This document shows, piece by piece, positions 62,961 to 64,000 of a stretch of DNA of 64,000 bases (position 1 is the first letter of the stretch; every line of letters begins with the position of its first letter). A program made the position numbers and the translations under genes. The notes under the pieces are model-generated. The model searched no databases, was not told where the DNA came from, and saw only the letters and a list, made by a program, of their open reading frames with translations. The stretch spans positions 129,582,001-129,646,000 of the forward strand of contig NC_086097.1 in the NCBI RefSeq assembly GCF_963921235.1, written 5' to 3'. The DNA is from Mobula hypostoma. Lineage: Eukaryota.

Positions 62961-64000
62961 TAGTCCTTTGCATCTTTTTCACGATCGCAAGACACTGTTG
63001 GTTATTAGGAACACCAAGTACTGCAGGTCTTCCCCCACTAGTGAATCGCTGAATAGGAGTGGAGCTGGACTTGTGCACCATATCTAATGGACAGTGCAAG
63101 ACCCTGCTGGACATTAGCAGTGTAGAACACTGCGAGTCCAATTCACTGTTTAATTAGGGAGACCGACAGTGTTCACCAATTGGGCCACCAGTGGCGGCTT
63201 TGGTTGCATTGTGGACCAGGCCCTTGTGCCTCAGGGTCACCTGTTGCAGCTGCTGAGGTAGGAGACAGGAGTTGACTATGTGCCGCTGAGTTCCACGCCG
63301 GGTTGCCGACTGGCTCTTACTATCGGTGCTACCTGCAGTGTTCGCTCAATGGAAGACGAGCTGGATTGCGTTCATCTGCAGCTGTACTGTGTGATATTAG
63401 GAACTGCCGTGGGCTGTTCTTGCAGAAACATGGCTCCAAGGCAATATATATGCACCATTAATCTACAGGCCATGAAGCTCAGACTTGGGCTATATTATTA
63501 TTCTTTTTGTTATAACTGTTTTTCTGCTTCCATAATGATATGTGATACATGTGCTGTTGGTTCTGCATTTTGCACCTTGGCCCCATGAGGAACGCTGTTT
63601 TGTTTTGGCTCTATTCATGTGTGTGGCTAAATGACAGTTAAACCTGGGCTTGAACTTTAAATTGAAATACATTTCAGAAGCATTGGTGTGAAAAATGCTT
63701 ATTTAATAGAACTGGAAAACCTTAGAGAATGGAATGAAGCAGGATAGGGGGGAGGTAGAGTCAAGGTACCCGTGGGAGTTTTTGGGCTTCTGATGCATAT
63801 TCGCTCCTACCCTAACTCCTGAGATAGAAATGGAGGAGAAGAAGAAAGGGAAGAGTGAAGTCACATGTGGAGCACGTAAAAGTGAAAACAGTGGAATACG
63901 ACAGCAGTCATAACAAAATGCTTGAATTGTGTATGATACCTACAATAAAAGTCAATAGTCACAATGACAGAACTATTGGACTGTCTGAAACACATGTGGT

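Overview
AT-rich, repeat-dense vertebrate genomic DNA. The repeat complement (CR1/HER1-type LINEs with 8-bp microsatellite tails, HE1-type SINEs, Penelope-like elements, Rex1/Babar) suggests a cartilaginous fish, probably a ray; this is inference. Two protein-coding genes lie on the + strand. TXNL4A (Dim1) is complete, with three coding exons (1618-1770, 2952-3055, 9265-9436; 142 aa). SLC66A2/PQLC1 is partial: a putative non-coding first exon ends at 31890, coding exons lie at 36628-36836 and 47592-47725, a 45-nt cassette exon lies at 52408-52452, and the remaining exons fall beyond the window. No HSBP1L1 was found between the two genes. Most other long ORFs are transposon remnants (CR1, RTE, Rex1/Babar, Nimb/I-type, Hero, Penelope, Gypsy, Tc1/mariner, hAT). 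Most notable: (1) a hammerhead-ribozyme-like RNA in non-circularly permuted strand order at the 3' end of a Hero retrotransposon (41783-41858, - strand); (2) an RTE insertion with exact twin-priming geometry, itself interrupted in frame by a young CR1; (3) several Penelope-derived fold-back insertions, most with 10-14 bp TSDs, whose loops carry a minimal hammerhead or its remains; (4) hairpin-templated filler DNA at a CR1 5' junction. All calls were made by eye, and repeat boundaries without a TSD are approximate.
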